From: the human T2T-CHM13v2.0 reference genome, Homo sapiens
Assembly: GCF_009914755.1 (NCBI RefSeq)
Contig: NC_060932.1
Strand: one strand, 5' to 3'
DNA: 64,000 nt
Of the stretch, positions 35,928 through 49,804 are shown piece by piece. Under the pieces are notes generated by a model. The model was given only the letters and a program-made list of their open reading frames with translations. It was not told where the DNA came from and made no database searches. Position numbers and translations under genes: made by a program. Each line of letters begins with the position of its first letter. Positions within the stretch are counted from its first letter, which is position 1.

Positions 35928-35968
35928 TTGCAGTGTACTTACTTAAGATACTTGCAGTGTACTTACTT
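35928..35968. repeat. 17-bp direct duplication (24-bp period)
   Basis: ttgcagtgtacttactt-aagatac-ttgcagtgtacttactt. Confidence 0.9.
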
Positions 35969-36719
35969 TTTCCACTCTCTCTCTTTATACCTTGCTTCAT
36001 TCCTGAAACCTTTGAAGCAGCTGAATTGGACCAAATGGCTTTTAAGTTATCCACCTACGATGATTCCACTAATAGCTTCATAAAACAGCCATTCATTTTT
36101 GATTCCCAAAGATCCTTTTTCCAGGATTTTTATTTTTGTAATACTTGCATCTATTTTTTTTTAAATTAGAGACACATTACATGTTGTCTGGAGAGACTAA
36201 TTGTTTACTTATATGACATACCAGTGCCTCTGTTCATTCTGAGAGTAAGGCATATATACTGTGATTCTAGCCTCACCTCGTTAAAAAAAAAAAAAGATTG
36301 TATTTGATTTTGTTACTCAACAATCAACACAATCTAAGACAGAGAATAAAAAGCAAATTTTCCCTTGGTTTATAAAGCAATAGTGCTTCTTTTCCGTCAG
36401 TGCTCTCATATATTGCGAGAGTTGTTTCAAAGACTAGCTAACCCACTAATTGTACATTTTCCCAACATAAAAGGATTAAACTCCTTGTTGCCCTGAAAAG
36501 CAGAATTGAAAGAAATCACTTAGATTTGCCTAAGCTATAGTGTGGAGAGCTTTCTGACAACAGGTGGGTACGTTGAACTCTTTAGAGAAGAGCCTGTTTC
36601 TGTAGCTGGTAGGCTAAGCCAAATGAACCTGAAGGTTTCTGTCTCTTAACCCTGTGGTCCCCACACCTGGAGCTGATTACCCAAATAAGTAGGAGGTTAA
36701 GCTCTGAGTGAAAACAAAC

Positions 36720-36947
36720 TTTTCTTAATCCAGTCTATCATGAGAACATTTGGACACAGGAAGGGGAACATCACACACTGGGGCCTGTCATAGGGTAGCG
36801 GGGGCAGGGAGGGATAGCATTAGGAGATATACCTAATGTAAATGACGAGTTAATGGGTGCAGCACACCAACATGGCACATGTATGCATATGTAACAAACC
36901 TGCAAGTTGTGCACATGTACCCTAGAACTTAAAGTATAATAAAGAAA
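36720..36947 (+). mobile_element. L1PA 3' end with short 5' inversion
   Basis: Sense 3'UTR 36740-36947, antisense L1 22-mer 36720-36741; TSD gaaaacaaa. Confidence 0.9.
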
Positions 36948-37182
36948 GAAAACAAATTCAACTTGTGATGTCAGAAAATATATGCCAGTGTCGCCTGAAC
37001 TATGTTCTGCAGAATAATAATGTTAATCCAGATGTTAACCAACATCCCGGTGGAAAGAGTATCATAGTCATGTAAGTGTGGGGATTTCTGTATGTGATGG
37101 GCCTTTCTTGTAGATTCATAAAGCTCATCAGCATATTAAAAGTTTCTGAGAATTTATACAGCGAAGAAATATGGCGTTTCTT

Positions 37183-37329
37183 GGGAGAGATAGCATTAGG
37201 AGATATACCTAATGTAAATGATGAGTTAACGGGTGCAGCACACCAACATGGCACATGTATACATATATAACAAACCTGCACGTTGTGGACATGTATCCTA
37301 GAACTTAAAGTATAATAATAAAATTTTAA
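37183..37329 (+). mobile_element. L1PA extreme 3' end (~145 bp)
   Basis: gatagcattaggagatatacctaatg...tagaacttaaagtataata; TSD aaat(a/g)tgg(c/t)gtttctt. Confidence 0.92.
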
Positions 37330-38457
37330 AAATGTGGTGTTTCTTAAACATGCCTGAGATTAGAACTCTTTTAATTAATGAATGATCTTTCAATATCTTG
37401 GAGCACTGATGTTGCAAGCACTGACTGAAGCAACAGTTTTTCCTTTTCCAAGCGCAAAACCTAGTATATAGTAGACACCTAACAAATATTTGTTGAAGAT
37501 CAAATAAGTGCATGAATGAATGAAATCATATAAAGTAAGGATATATATTTATATGCATACACTTGTAGTGTAAATAATTTTTTTTCCTATGGAAACAAAT
37601 AACATGATCCAACCCATGATTACTGAACTCCTGCTTTTGGGGAGCTCCTATGCTAGGTGTGGGGGAGACCAGGATCTAGGACAAGATGATGATCACACCA
37701 TGTTACATGTGGAAGAGAGATCACCGGGGTAAAGAAAACATGCTATGCAATACAGGTGGGACGGGGGGTCAGGGGAGACTTCTGGTGAAAATGATATCAA
37801 ATTGAGTCATAAATGACAAGGTAGAGTTAGCTATGTAGAGAGATGATTTCATGAATGTATATGATATGCACGTATAAGAAAAGCTTCAGATGTACTGCAT
37901 TGTAATACAGCTTAATAGCATATAAAATACACATTAGTATTTTATGATTTGAAGGTAAAACATTGTATCAGAAATGCCTTTGTTCAATGAGAAGGCTAGG
38001 TATTCCAGGAAACCAAATAATATGAGAACATGTGTCAACAGTACTTGTCCAAATTACGTCAAAGAAAAACATGAACCATTAAACAATATAGGAAATGTAG
38101 CACTTAGCATTTAAATTAGTAAGTTAAAAAAACAATTTTTGGAGTGGGGGGAATCTGTGCATCCTCATTATAGAAATTCTAGTGAACTCTACTACTTCAC
38201 CTTTCTCACAACTGAAGAACAGCCTCCTGCCCATACTTTTTTCTTTTCCAACACTGATGTATTTCTGTCTCTAGCCTCTCTTCATATCGTAAGTTATAAG
38301 TCGACCGAGGGATGAAGGAGTTCCTTATAGCTAAAAAGCTAAGATTTTGACTTAAAAGAAAAAATAACTCTGACTCTGTGGGCGTTTCCCAACCTGTATT
38401 GGGAGTTTTATTCCCTCATGCTTTTATTCTGTTCACAAATTTATTTTGAGTTCCTAA

Positions 38458-38833
<376 letters not shown>

Positions 38834-38887
38834 TCACACAGTTCCTTTCATCATCCAGCTTATCCTTTACTGAAAGAGACAGATGTT

Positions 38888-38941
38888 GAACAAGGAGTCA
38901 TAGAAACAAAGGAGTCATAGAACAAGGAGTCATAGAAACAA
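38888..38941. repeat. Tandem repeat, three copies of aacaaggagtcatag
   Basis: Read directly. Confidence 0.9.
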
Positions 38942-39208
38942 AACTAAAAAATAAGCACTAAGAAATTTCATAAGAGAATATAATAGAGAAACAAACCTGG
39001 CAATGGAAGTCATGGAAGACTTCCCCGAGGAAATGAGGATTGAGCTGAGGCTGAAGGGTAGATAGGAATTCACTACACAAAGGTGGCAGTGGGAGGAAGT
39101 GGGGTCAGGAAGAGCTTCTGGAAACGACCACAGTAAAGTAAGAGCATGGCTTACTTTGAGTTCCTTTAAGTAACTTTTTGAAGGAAAGTGTAATTTCTTA
39201 TTTCTGAT

Positions 39209-39289
39209 AACTTTTAATGTGCTGATGAGCTTTATGAATCTACAAGAAAGGCCCATCACATACAGAAATCCCCACACTTACATGACTAT
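39209..39289 (-). repeat. Inverted 81-bp copy of 37064-37144
   Basis: 80/81 identical in reverse complement. Confidence 0.97.
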
Positions 39290-39298
39290 ATTTCTTAT

Positions 39299-39469
39299 GC
39301 CAAGCTGGTCTTGAACTCCTGACCTCAGGTGATTCGCCTGCCTCGGCCTCCCAAAGTGCTGGGATTACAGGCATGAGCCACCATGCCCAGCCTTCAAATT
39401 TACTGTCTGTAGTCATGTCCCACTCTTGGTTAACTACAACCTCCACTTTAATTAAATTTGTTAATTCTG
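39299..39469 (+). repeat. Direct ~170-bp copy of 41565-41733 (Alu left-arm part plus unique flank)
   Basis: 8 substitutions plus a 2-bp indel by manual alignment. Confidence 0.95.
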
Positions 39470-39491
39470 ATATCTGATATCTTATTTCTGA

Positions 39492-39910
<419 letters not shown>

Positions 39911-40493
39911 TATTAACCTAATTTTATTGAACACCTGACTATGCTAGTTACCATGGAGGATTCAAAAATGATAAAGACATAGACTTAGCCTCAGAAACCT
40001 TTTCGTCCACCAGGTTGTTATCATGTGCACTAATATTCATAAAACAAGACAGAAGAAAGTCTGGACTGCATGACAGAGATAAAAATAGAACACTAAGAGT
40101 GAAGGTAAATAAATCATTTTAAATTGAGGTATTGGGTAAAGGATATGCTAGTAAAATGAAGAATATGGAAGAATTTTGACAAGTAGGTATAAGAATGGGG
40201 GAACAGTGAAAAGCCATTTAAAATTGAGAGCAAATACCCTCTCACAAAGATAAAAGAGAAGGGCAAAGGTGAAAAGCCATTTAAAATTGAGAGCAAATGC
40301 TAACAGAGGAGAAGGGCAAAGTGTGTTCAAGAGGGAGCAAAAAAATCTAGTTTAGTAGGACATGAAAAATAGGAGTAAAGGACTGCAAGGGAGAAAATAG
40401 ATAATCATCAGTCTTGAATAATTTCTTACATATTTAATGCTTTTGTTGACAATGAGGTGAAGTTAAATCTTTGTATTCAGAATTGGGCCTTAG

Positions 40494-40920
<427 letters not shown>

Positions 40921-41283
40921 TAACAAGGATGAGAGATGAATTTGAATGACATGGCAAAGGTGGGATCAAATGACTATAATAACTAGCTGGTTGCGGGCTT
41001 CTTATACCAAAACAAAGCTGAAGAGAGTGCTTGGGTAATTGGCAAGAGGCGATGACCTGAGAATGTAAAGCAAGAGGCAGCCTTGGAAGAAATACAATGA
41101 ATGTGGTCAGGTGCCTGGGAGAGAAATACCAGTTTATTACAAGCATGCTCAGGCCAAATCGTAATTATAAACACAATTGTTTCTGTGAGATCTTTGAAAC
41201 CAAACATCATAAAGTGCCTTATTTTATGACAATGTTAGAACCCTGTCCAAAAATTCCATGGGTGTGTCATCTATCAAAAGTAA

Positions 41284-41658
<375 letters not shown>

Positions 41659-41968
41659 TTCAAATTTACTATCTATAGTCATGTCCCACTCTTGGTTAAC
41701 TACAACTTCCACTTTAATTAAATGTTAATTCTGTTTAAAGGACAACATATTAAAAGCACACCACTATCGCTGTATTCATGTTCTTTTACCTGAAAAATCA
41801 TTAATTCCCATCCAAGTTTGCACGTCTTTAAAGAATCAACCTAAATACCAGGCTATCTTAAAACCTGCCGTTATGAGGCTAATTGTACATGTTCACCTTC
41901 TTCTTTTTACATCCCATGCCACTCTGTATAAAGAGTATTATTCTATTTCACATCAAATCCCAGTGTAA

Positions 41969-42379
<411 letters not shown>

Positions 42380-42528
42380 TAATAAACTTAGTTAAAACCA
42401 GATATCTGCCAACACCCATAAATTATATTAAAGTAGAAAAGTTCAATGGGAGAATACAATATTTGAATGAATAACTATCTTCGAAATGATATGCGGTTTG
42501 AAGGGAACAATATAAGATACTAGATTAG

Positions 42529-42705
42529 GGCAATGCTTCTCAAACTTTAATGTGTTTAAAAGTCACCTGGATGGGAATCTTATTAAACAGATTCTCCAGA
42601 GAATTTGATTCAGTAGGCCTGGGGTAAAGCTACGAACTTGCATTTCTAATAAATTCCCACATGCTGCTGATGCTGCCGGACAGTGGATGAAATACTGAGT
42701 AGCAT
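42529..42705. mobile_element. MER5 (hAT-Charlie) element
   Basis: caatgcttctcaaacttt...tgattcagtaggcctgggg...tgcatttctaa. Confidence 0.75.
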
Positions 42706-43066
42706 TAGTTGAAGGGGCAAGCTTGATGTCATAATGTCTGGACCTAAATTCCACCACTACAATGTACTGGCTTTATAATATTAAGTTACCAAATTTCTTT
42801 AAACTTCACTCAGCTTCCTCGCTTAAAATGGTAATAATAATGGAACTTCTTGGGACTGACATAATAACTAATCTATAAAGCATGCTTCTGGTAGTGCCTA
42901 AAACATAGTATGTGCTCAAAAATTAGGTGTCAGTGTGAGTACTTAATGGTACAGATAAGTCCACAGATTTCTAAAGAGCAGGGGTCATTAACTATGGGCT
43001 GCAGGATATATCTGGCTTGTTGCCTGTTTTGGTAATGCTGGTGAATTAAGAATAGTTTTGTGGGGG

Positions 43067-43069
43067 TTT

Positions 43070-43100
<31 letters not shown>

Positions 43101-43373
43101 GAGATAAGTTCTCATTCTTGTTGCCGAGACTGCAGTGCAGTACTGCAAACACAGCTCACTGTAGCCTCCTCGACCTCTGGGGCTAAAGCAATCCTCCCAC
43201 TTCAGCCTTCTGAGTAGCTGGGACCACAGGCAACGCCCACACCTGGCTAATTAAAAAAAAAAATTGTTTGTAGAGACTGGGTCCTGCCATGTTGCCCAGG
43301 CTAGTCTCAAAATCCTGGCCTCAAGCAATCCTCCCACACTGCTGGAGTTACAGGCGTGTGTTACCATGCCCAG
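43067..43373 (-). mobile_element. AluJ with (TTTTG)n tail
   Basis: Diverged J-type dimer. Confidence 0.9.
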
Positions 43374-43669
43374 TCCTAAAATGTATACTTTAAGGCTCTT
43401 TACATTAAAAGACTGTCACCAAGTGACTTCATCAGTGAATTATTAAGTTTAGAACCATCAATATTTCTGGATTATCTGACAATAATGTTCAGTGGCTATA
43501 GTTTATAATGTAGCAGTACAAAAGTAATGAAGGATTCTTAGAAAACAGATAACACAAAAGAACTGGGAAATAAGATGAATTTGAGGGATAAGAGGTAAAA
43601 TGAGATAATTACTATCAAAGTTCCTCTAATCAGAAAATGCTGTTAGATGTCCCAACCCACTTTTTAAAA

Positions 43670-44090
43670 AGATGATATTTATTGTCTTTTTTTTCCTGAT
43701 TATAAAAACATATTTATAGTATTTGGAAAATACAAAAACATATACAGAATATAAATCAGTCATTCCCAGTATTAGAGATAATCATGTTTAAACATCTTCA
43801 CTTTTATAAAATTGGGATGTTACTGTACAAAATGGTTATTTTTTTAATGTGACATTTCTCCAAAATCCACGTGTTCTCTGAGAACATTGTGTTCAATAGC
43901 TAATGATGTCCCATTTTTTAGAAATGCCATGATTTATTTAATTATTGCCCTCATCATTTGATTTTAGGTTAAGGTTTTATTATTTCTGAATAATGCTGAA
44001 ATAAACAAGCTTGCTTATCATATTTCTGCATATCTTTGATTTTTTTTCCTGCTATAAGTTACTATAATTTAAAAAATTGTCTAAATTTGT
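43670..44090 (-). mobile_element. Old L1ME fragment
   Basis: AT-rich; gaaatgccatgatttatttaa...ttttaggtt...taatgctg. Confidence 0.45.
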
Positions 44091-44362
44091 GCTGCTTTCA
44101 AGGGAAGCAGAAGAAAAAGATTATAGACAAGGGTAATGATAATTAAGCAGTCTCTCTCCTCTCTCTGTGGTTTTCCAGATTTTCAAACCACACCAGTTTT
44201 AGGGATTTCTACCTAATAATAAGTAACATTAAATGACATATTCTTTTTTACCAACCATCATTTTTTTTAAAACCCCCCCTTCCTAAATTCATACCATTAT
44301 AATCAGGAAAACAAAGTTCCCCCTTCCCTTAGAAAAAAAGGCAATAATCTTATCAAAAATAT

Positions 44363-44372
44363 TTTATTTACA
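44363..44372 (-). terminator. Distal polyadenylation signal (AATAAA 44368-44363) overlapping UGUA / Pumilio-type UGUAAAUA
   Basis: Minus strand TTTTTTGTAAATAAAATATTTTTGATAAGATTATTGC followed by CTTTTTTT and TTTGTTTT. Confidence 0.75.
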
Positions 44373-45651
44373 AAAAATTAATTATACTATACATCCTATA
44401 CTGGAAATACATTGAATAATTGCTAAAATAAATACAGGCAATTAATTCAACTTTTTATAAGAATGAGAGAATTTGACATTTGAATGTTATCAAAGCTTAA
44501 CTTAGAACATAAATAGTTAAAAAGGCAAACTCAAGTTTTCATCTCATTTATTGGCATGGTGTGTTTTGTTTTCCACAAGCTCTCCAATCAGTGAGAGTCT
44601 TGAGTCTCAGATGTACCTTTTTGTACTCTGAAGGTAGGATGTGCAGCTTTTTCTTAGGCAGGATAGATGTAACATAGATGACTGCATAAAAAAGAGGCAG
44701 AAAGGCAGGAAGCCCATTTTTTTTTTAACACTTCTCCATGTGTCTCTGCCTCACCATAATGCTGTTTATTCAATTATTCATATATTCCGATTGTGTTTTC
44801 AACACAGGTCTACACAGCACCAGCTACAAGGCAAGGTCAATCGTGTAAAAAATAAAACTGGATAATGGAGGCCTTGCAGTAACTAAATTAGCCAAGTTCA
44901 GAGTATGTGGTTCAACAATTTTTATATGTGCCAATCATTGATATACTTATTAAACCTTGATGTCACTTCTACTGTGTAGACATTTTTATACAGGTCCAGA
45001 ACAGGAAATAGGAAGTGATGATCTGTGTAATTCAGAAAAACAAAATTCCTCATTTGAAAGTAAAAGAGGATAGATACTTGGTGATTCTATCTGCCAATTT
45101 TGAATTTATATGTTTTATAATTTATCCAACTCACCCGTGTAAACATTATACTAACATGTAAAGTGAACTGGCAAGTTGAAAAAAAAAAAAAAGACAGGCA
45201 AAACATGTTCAATGTGTAGGTAGGACCCAGTAAATTCAGGCCACAGAACAAAACCTTTGATAAACTGCATTGTATGTGTCCAAAATTATACAGATAATTT
45301 CTCCACTTTCCACTTGACTTGTTCTGGGAAAACACTGCCAGAATCTCCAAAGATTATTCATCTTTGATACCCATGTTTTGTCCAGTGCTGGATGCCTACT
45401 GTTTTCTTTCAAAGACTATCATTCCCTTTTTTTTAAATCTTAATGAAAAAATTGCACTACCTTTGGCCTTGATTTTCAACGATTTTTTTTTTAGGTACAC
45501 ACGAAAGTGTGTATTTTTACTTCCAAAGTGTGATAGGTATATTGGCCTTTTCTAAAAGAAATAAAAACAAAAAGTTAAAATATTGAAAGTTTAAATACTT
45601 CTTTCACAGAAATAAACTATTCAATTTTAAAAGGTAGAGAGAGAGAAACAT

Positions 45652-45767
45652 TTTATTCTTTCTATCATGAACATCAGTCAACCAAGCTTCACATTTTGGG
45701 CAGGATTTTTTAAGTATAAATTTTTTAAGAACTTATTTTATTTTAAAAAAGGAAGAACAGGTTTATT
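45652..45767 (-). terminator. Cluster of three candidate proximal polyA signals
   Basis: AATAAA on the minus strand at 45762-45767, 45737-45742 and 45652-45657; usage cannot be shown from sequence. Confidence 0.4.
45688..45695 (-). promoter_or_regulatory. miR-23 8mer seed site in HAS2 3'UTR
   Basis: Minus strand AATGTGAA; miR-23 regulation of Has2 is reported, from memory. Confidence 0.55.
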
Positions 45768-46050
45768 TTGGCAGAAAAGTAAAATAGAGAATATGCAAAA
45801 TTTGTCTTTAAGATTGGCATACAAAATTTAAAAACACAGTACAATTATATCAAAATACAGCACAGCCAACGGCCTTTAAAACTTCCTTTGGCATTTCATT
45901 TGGTAAAGTTAAAAAGAAAATCCTTCCTAAAAAAAAAAAATTATCATCTATCAAAACAGTCCATAAGTTAGGTTGTATAGGTTGAAAGAACTTTTCCTTG
46001 AGTTTCCAAAATCCTTTTCTTCCATGATAACCCACATAAAGCATGGCTAG

Positions 46051-46057
46051 TGAGGTA
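46051..46057 (-). promoter_or_regulatory. let-7 7mer-A1 seed site in HAS2 3'UTR
   Basis: Minus strand TACCTCA. Confidence 0.45.
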
Positions 46058-46340
46058 TATAGGGCAAAACACTTTCAGGCGGATGCACAGTAAGGAAAAA
46101 GTGCATAAACAAAGAATTCATCCCATTTTCATAGAAATAACAGGTTAAATCTGAGTTTCTTCTTGTTGATGTATTGTTTTACTTTGGCAGAATGAAAATA
46201 AACCCATATAAATGTCTTTGTTCAAGTCCCAGCAGCAGTGATATGTCTCCTTTGGTGGCATTATCTGATGCCACAATACTGTACAGCCCCTAGAGGAACT
46301 AAGGTGTTGTGTGTGACTGCAAACGTCAAAACATGGAAGA

Positions 46341-47270
46341 TCATACATCAAGCACCATGTCATATTGTTGTCCCTTCTTCCGCCTGCCACACTTATTGAT
46401 GAGAACTACATACAGCGTCAAAAGCATGACCCAATAGCATGCATAGAGCAACGTTCCAACAATTAGAACTGTCTGTTTGGATTCTGAAAATGGCCTTTTA
46501 GACTCCTTATAAATGGTGAAAATCACACCACCCAGGAGGATTGTAAACCAAACTGATACTGGAATGAGTCCTATGAAATTAACAACAATGGTTTTCCTTC
46601 CTGATGTGCCCCACCCAGCTTTGTTTATTGTTGCAATTGCAAACATCTTGGCGGGAAGTAAACTCGACATGTATAACACTGAGTAGAGAGACATGAAGAC
46701 CATGACGATATTTCCTCTAAGGCAGCTGGCAAAAGATGATTTTATGAGACCTACTAGCTGGACAGTTAACAAGAAGAGGAGAATGTTCCAAATTTTACCC
46801 CGGTAGAAGAGCTGGATTACTGTGGCAATGAGAAAGAAAGGAAAGAATCCAGTGATAATCGCTTCGTAGGTCATCCACAAGTGATGTTTGTGAAACCACA
46901 TTGCATTGTACAGCCATTCTCGGAAGTAGGACTTGCTCCAACGGGTCTGCTGGTTTAGCCATCTGAGATATTCTATAGGTGTTTCAGTAAGGCACTTAGA
47001 TCGAGCTGTGTATTTTGTTGCATAGCCCAGGCTCAGCACCCGGTTCGTGAGATGCCTGTCATCACCAAAGCTACATTGGTTGCCCATAAATTCTTGATTG
47101 TACCAATCTTCCACAAACTCATGCAACAAGGAGTTTCTGTACATTCCCAGAGGTCCACTAATGCACTGAACACACCCAAAATAAGACTGACAGGCCCTTT
47201 CTATATTAAAAGCCATCCAATATCTTACACTGCTGAGGAATGAGATCCAGGAATCGTACTTGTTTAAAAT
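46341..47270 (-). CDS. HAS2: Hyaluronan synthase 2, last exon coding part, aa 244-552 + TGA
   Basis: ILNKYDSWISFLSSVRYW...SGPLGMY...GDDRHLTN...QQTRW...QYDMVLDV*; acceptor ttcttgcag|ATT; 209+34+309 = 552 aa, the known HAS2 length. Confidence 0.99.
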   Translation of the reverse strand: MLNKYDSWISFLSSVRYWMAFNIERACQSYFGCVQCISGPLGMYRNSLLHEFVEDWYNQEFMGNQCSFGDDRHLTNRVLSLGYATKYTARSKCLTETPIEYLRWLNQQTRWSKSYFREWLYNAMWFHKHHLWMTYEAIITGFFPFFLIATVIQLFYRGKIWNILLFLLTVQLVGLIKSSFASCLRGNIVMVFMSLYSVLYMSSLLPAKMFAIATINKAGWGTSGRKTIVVNFIGLIPVSVWFTILLGGVIFTIYKESKRPFSESKQTVLIVGTLLYACYWVMLLTLYVVLINKCGRRKKGQQYDMVLDV

Positions 47271-47565
47271 CTGCAAGAAGAAAAACATAAGTAATAGGTA
47301 AGCTTTAGCTAAAAATTCCAGCAAAACCTGTTCCATCCTGAGGTTACTACCTGGAGTAATATTTGTTATTTTATCCTCCCATTTTGGCTTCGTTCCTCTT
47401 TTTGGCGTGGTTATTTTATGTTTTCTCTGATTCTCTGATTCTGTTACTATTTGTTATGCTGTATGCATGTGTTGCGATTCTTTGATGGTGAATATTTTTT
47501 TCTATTTCATCCTCTACCCTCTTTCTGCTATTCTTATTCTGTTTGTTGTGTTATCATATTGAGAT

Positions 47566-47854
<289 letters not shown>

Positions 47855-48651
47855 AAATTGAGATTTTTTTTTTTTAGGCTTTAGATCTCAATCCCTAAAC
47901 TCTTTTCCCAGGCACTCTTTCATAACACGTAAGATTTGAATGTTTTTAGGTTCCAGTTCCTCCTGTGCTGGTTAATTTCAAACTGATCCTATCCTTGGCT
48001 ATTACTTTTCCTCTCCTTTATCCACACTTTTTTTGCAATAGCAGCAATAGGAGAGTTTCCCATGGCCTTCCTGCAAATTTGAATCGTGAAATAATGCTTT
48101 ATATAAAGGCTATTGAAAATTATCAGCTTTTTTTGGCTAGATTTCTACATTCTCTCCTCTGTCTCAATTTTGCCAGCTCCTTTTTTTAAAAATCACCAGG
48201 CTATTTCTTTGTCCCTTCTAATGTAATTTCTTTGCTTTTGCTATCAAACTACATATATAAAATGGGTTATATAGCATGATAATATCTAAATTTTAAAGTC
48301 TATTTTCCATGTGCTTTCTTACCTTTTGCTAAAATCTAACCTCATATTTATTTGCAAGGGAATCTTATTAATCCTCACATATTTTCACATATACATTTTT
48401 CCATCCCACAAATGTCAAATTACCTCCATTGATATTTGTTTCATTAATTGTTTCTTCATCAATAACAAATGATGGACAATATTGGAAAACCACTTATCCA
48501 TTCTTTGCCTTTCTCACTAGTATAAACTTGAGTCTCTGTTTTTTTTTAATTATTCCTTTTTGACTCAGATTTTTTTTTAAATCAACCACATATTGATCAT
48601 CCTTTAGGTATATAGGTATAAGATATATACCAATTTCTTACCATACTTCTA

Positions 48652-48966
48652 TTTCTTTTTTCTTTTTCTTTTTCTTTTTTTTTTTTGAGACTGGGTCTTA
48701 CCCTATCACCCAGGCTGAAGTGCAGTGGCATGATCTCGGCTCATTGCAACCTCCACCTCCCAGGTCCAAGAATTCTCTTGTCTCAGCCTCCCAAGTAGCT
48801 GGGACTACAGTCGCACACCACCACGCCCAGCTAATTTTTGTATTTTTAGTAGGGATGGGGTTTCACCATATTGATCAGGCTGGTCTCGAACTCCTGACCT
48901 CAGGTGATCCACCTGCCTCGGCCTCCCAAAGTGCTGGGATTACAGGCATAAACCACTGCGCCCGGC
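48652..48966 (-). mobile_element. Alu (S-type) in HAS2 intron 3
   Basis: TSD catacttctatttctt. Confidence 0.95.
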
Positions 48967-49336
48967 TCATACTTCTATTTCTTAATCCTTGTAATGAAAT
49001 AATTTTTAGCAGAACATGAAATATTAAGTTATGGCCCAAAGGTATATGGTGGAAATCATTACACATTTATTTTAAGTTGCATATAACTTATCAGCTACTA
49101 CAGAAATGGGTTATACCCCAGGACTAAGCAAGAAAGTTCTAAATTATATTTCAATTTACATAGGAAAAGAGGCAGTGAAGCAGATCCAAGGCACATTTTA
49201 ATGTGTCTCAAGCACCAACAACAACACCTGGCACAGAGTTAGTGTTTAATAAATGTATGTTCAATGAGTCAATGAGTAAAAGTGCTCTTAAAAGTATTTC
49301 ATGCAAAACAAACAAACAAAAAGTGAAGCCATGTAC

Positions 49337-49438
49337 CTGGACATCTCCCCCAACACCTCCAACCATGGGATCTTCTTCTAAAACTTTTACCATCTCCACA
49401 GATGAGGCTGGGTCAAGCATAGTGTCTGAATCACAAAC
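49337..49438 (-). CDS. HAS2: Hyaluronan synthase 2, exon 3, aa 210-243 (DSD/DxD motif)
   Basis: VCDSDTMLDPASSVEMVKVLEEDPMVGGVGGDVQ; acceptor ttctttgcag|GTT, donor CAG|gtacat; 102 nt, phase 0/0. Confidence 0.99.
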
Positions 49439-49696
49439 CTGCAAAGAAGCAAATGAAAAATGAGTTAAAGAAAAGGAAGAACTATAAATACATTCCCTGT
49501 AGTCAAAATTTCACATACATACTGTGTCCTCATCTTACTGTCACAAGGCCTCAGTAAGCAAGTATCATGATGATAACAGAGGCCTTGTTATATCATGGCC
49601 AATACAAAGAGCCTATTTTTCAGCAAACTCAATATTTAAGTTAATGACATTGCTGGGTAGAACAGCTGAAGTGATGTGCTAAGTATGACTTGTAGC

Positions 49697-49804
49697 GTGA
49701 TCAACTTGTCCCAGTTTGCCATAGATGCTCCCAATTTTGTCAATGAAAGTCTCACATCCCAGGTAACCCCCAGTCCTGGCAAACTGTAATGGTTGTTCCC
49801 CCTA
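49697..49804. mobile_element. MER81/MER94-like (hAT-Blackjack) element
   Basis: Inverted ends caacttgtcccagtttgcc / ggcaaactgtaatggttg. Confidence 0.55.

Larger units (their letters stand above)
44345..46340 (-). other. HAS2: HAS2 3'UTR (long form; end approximate)
   Basis: AU-rich sequence without recognisable repeats following the stop codon, ending at an AATAAA with a downstream U-rich tract. Confidence 0.8.

Noticed and set aside
36738-37329. Two near-identical L1 tails as a tandem duplication
   Set aside because: Each has its own distinct TSD, so they are independent insertions
47271-47336. MEQVLLEFLAKAYLLLMFFFLQ start of the 331-aa ORF
   Set aside because: Intron 3 polypyrimidine/acceptor region read through by the ORF caller
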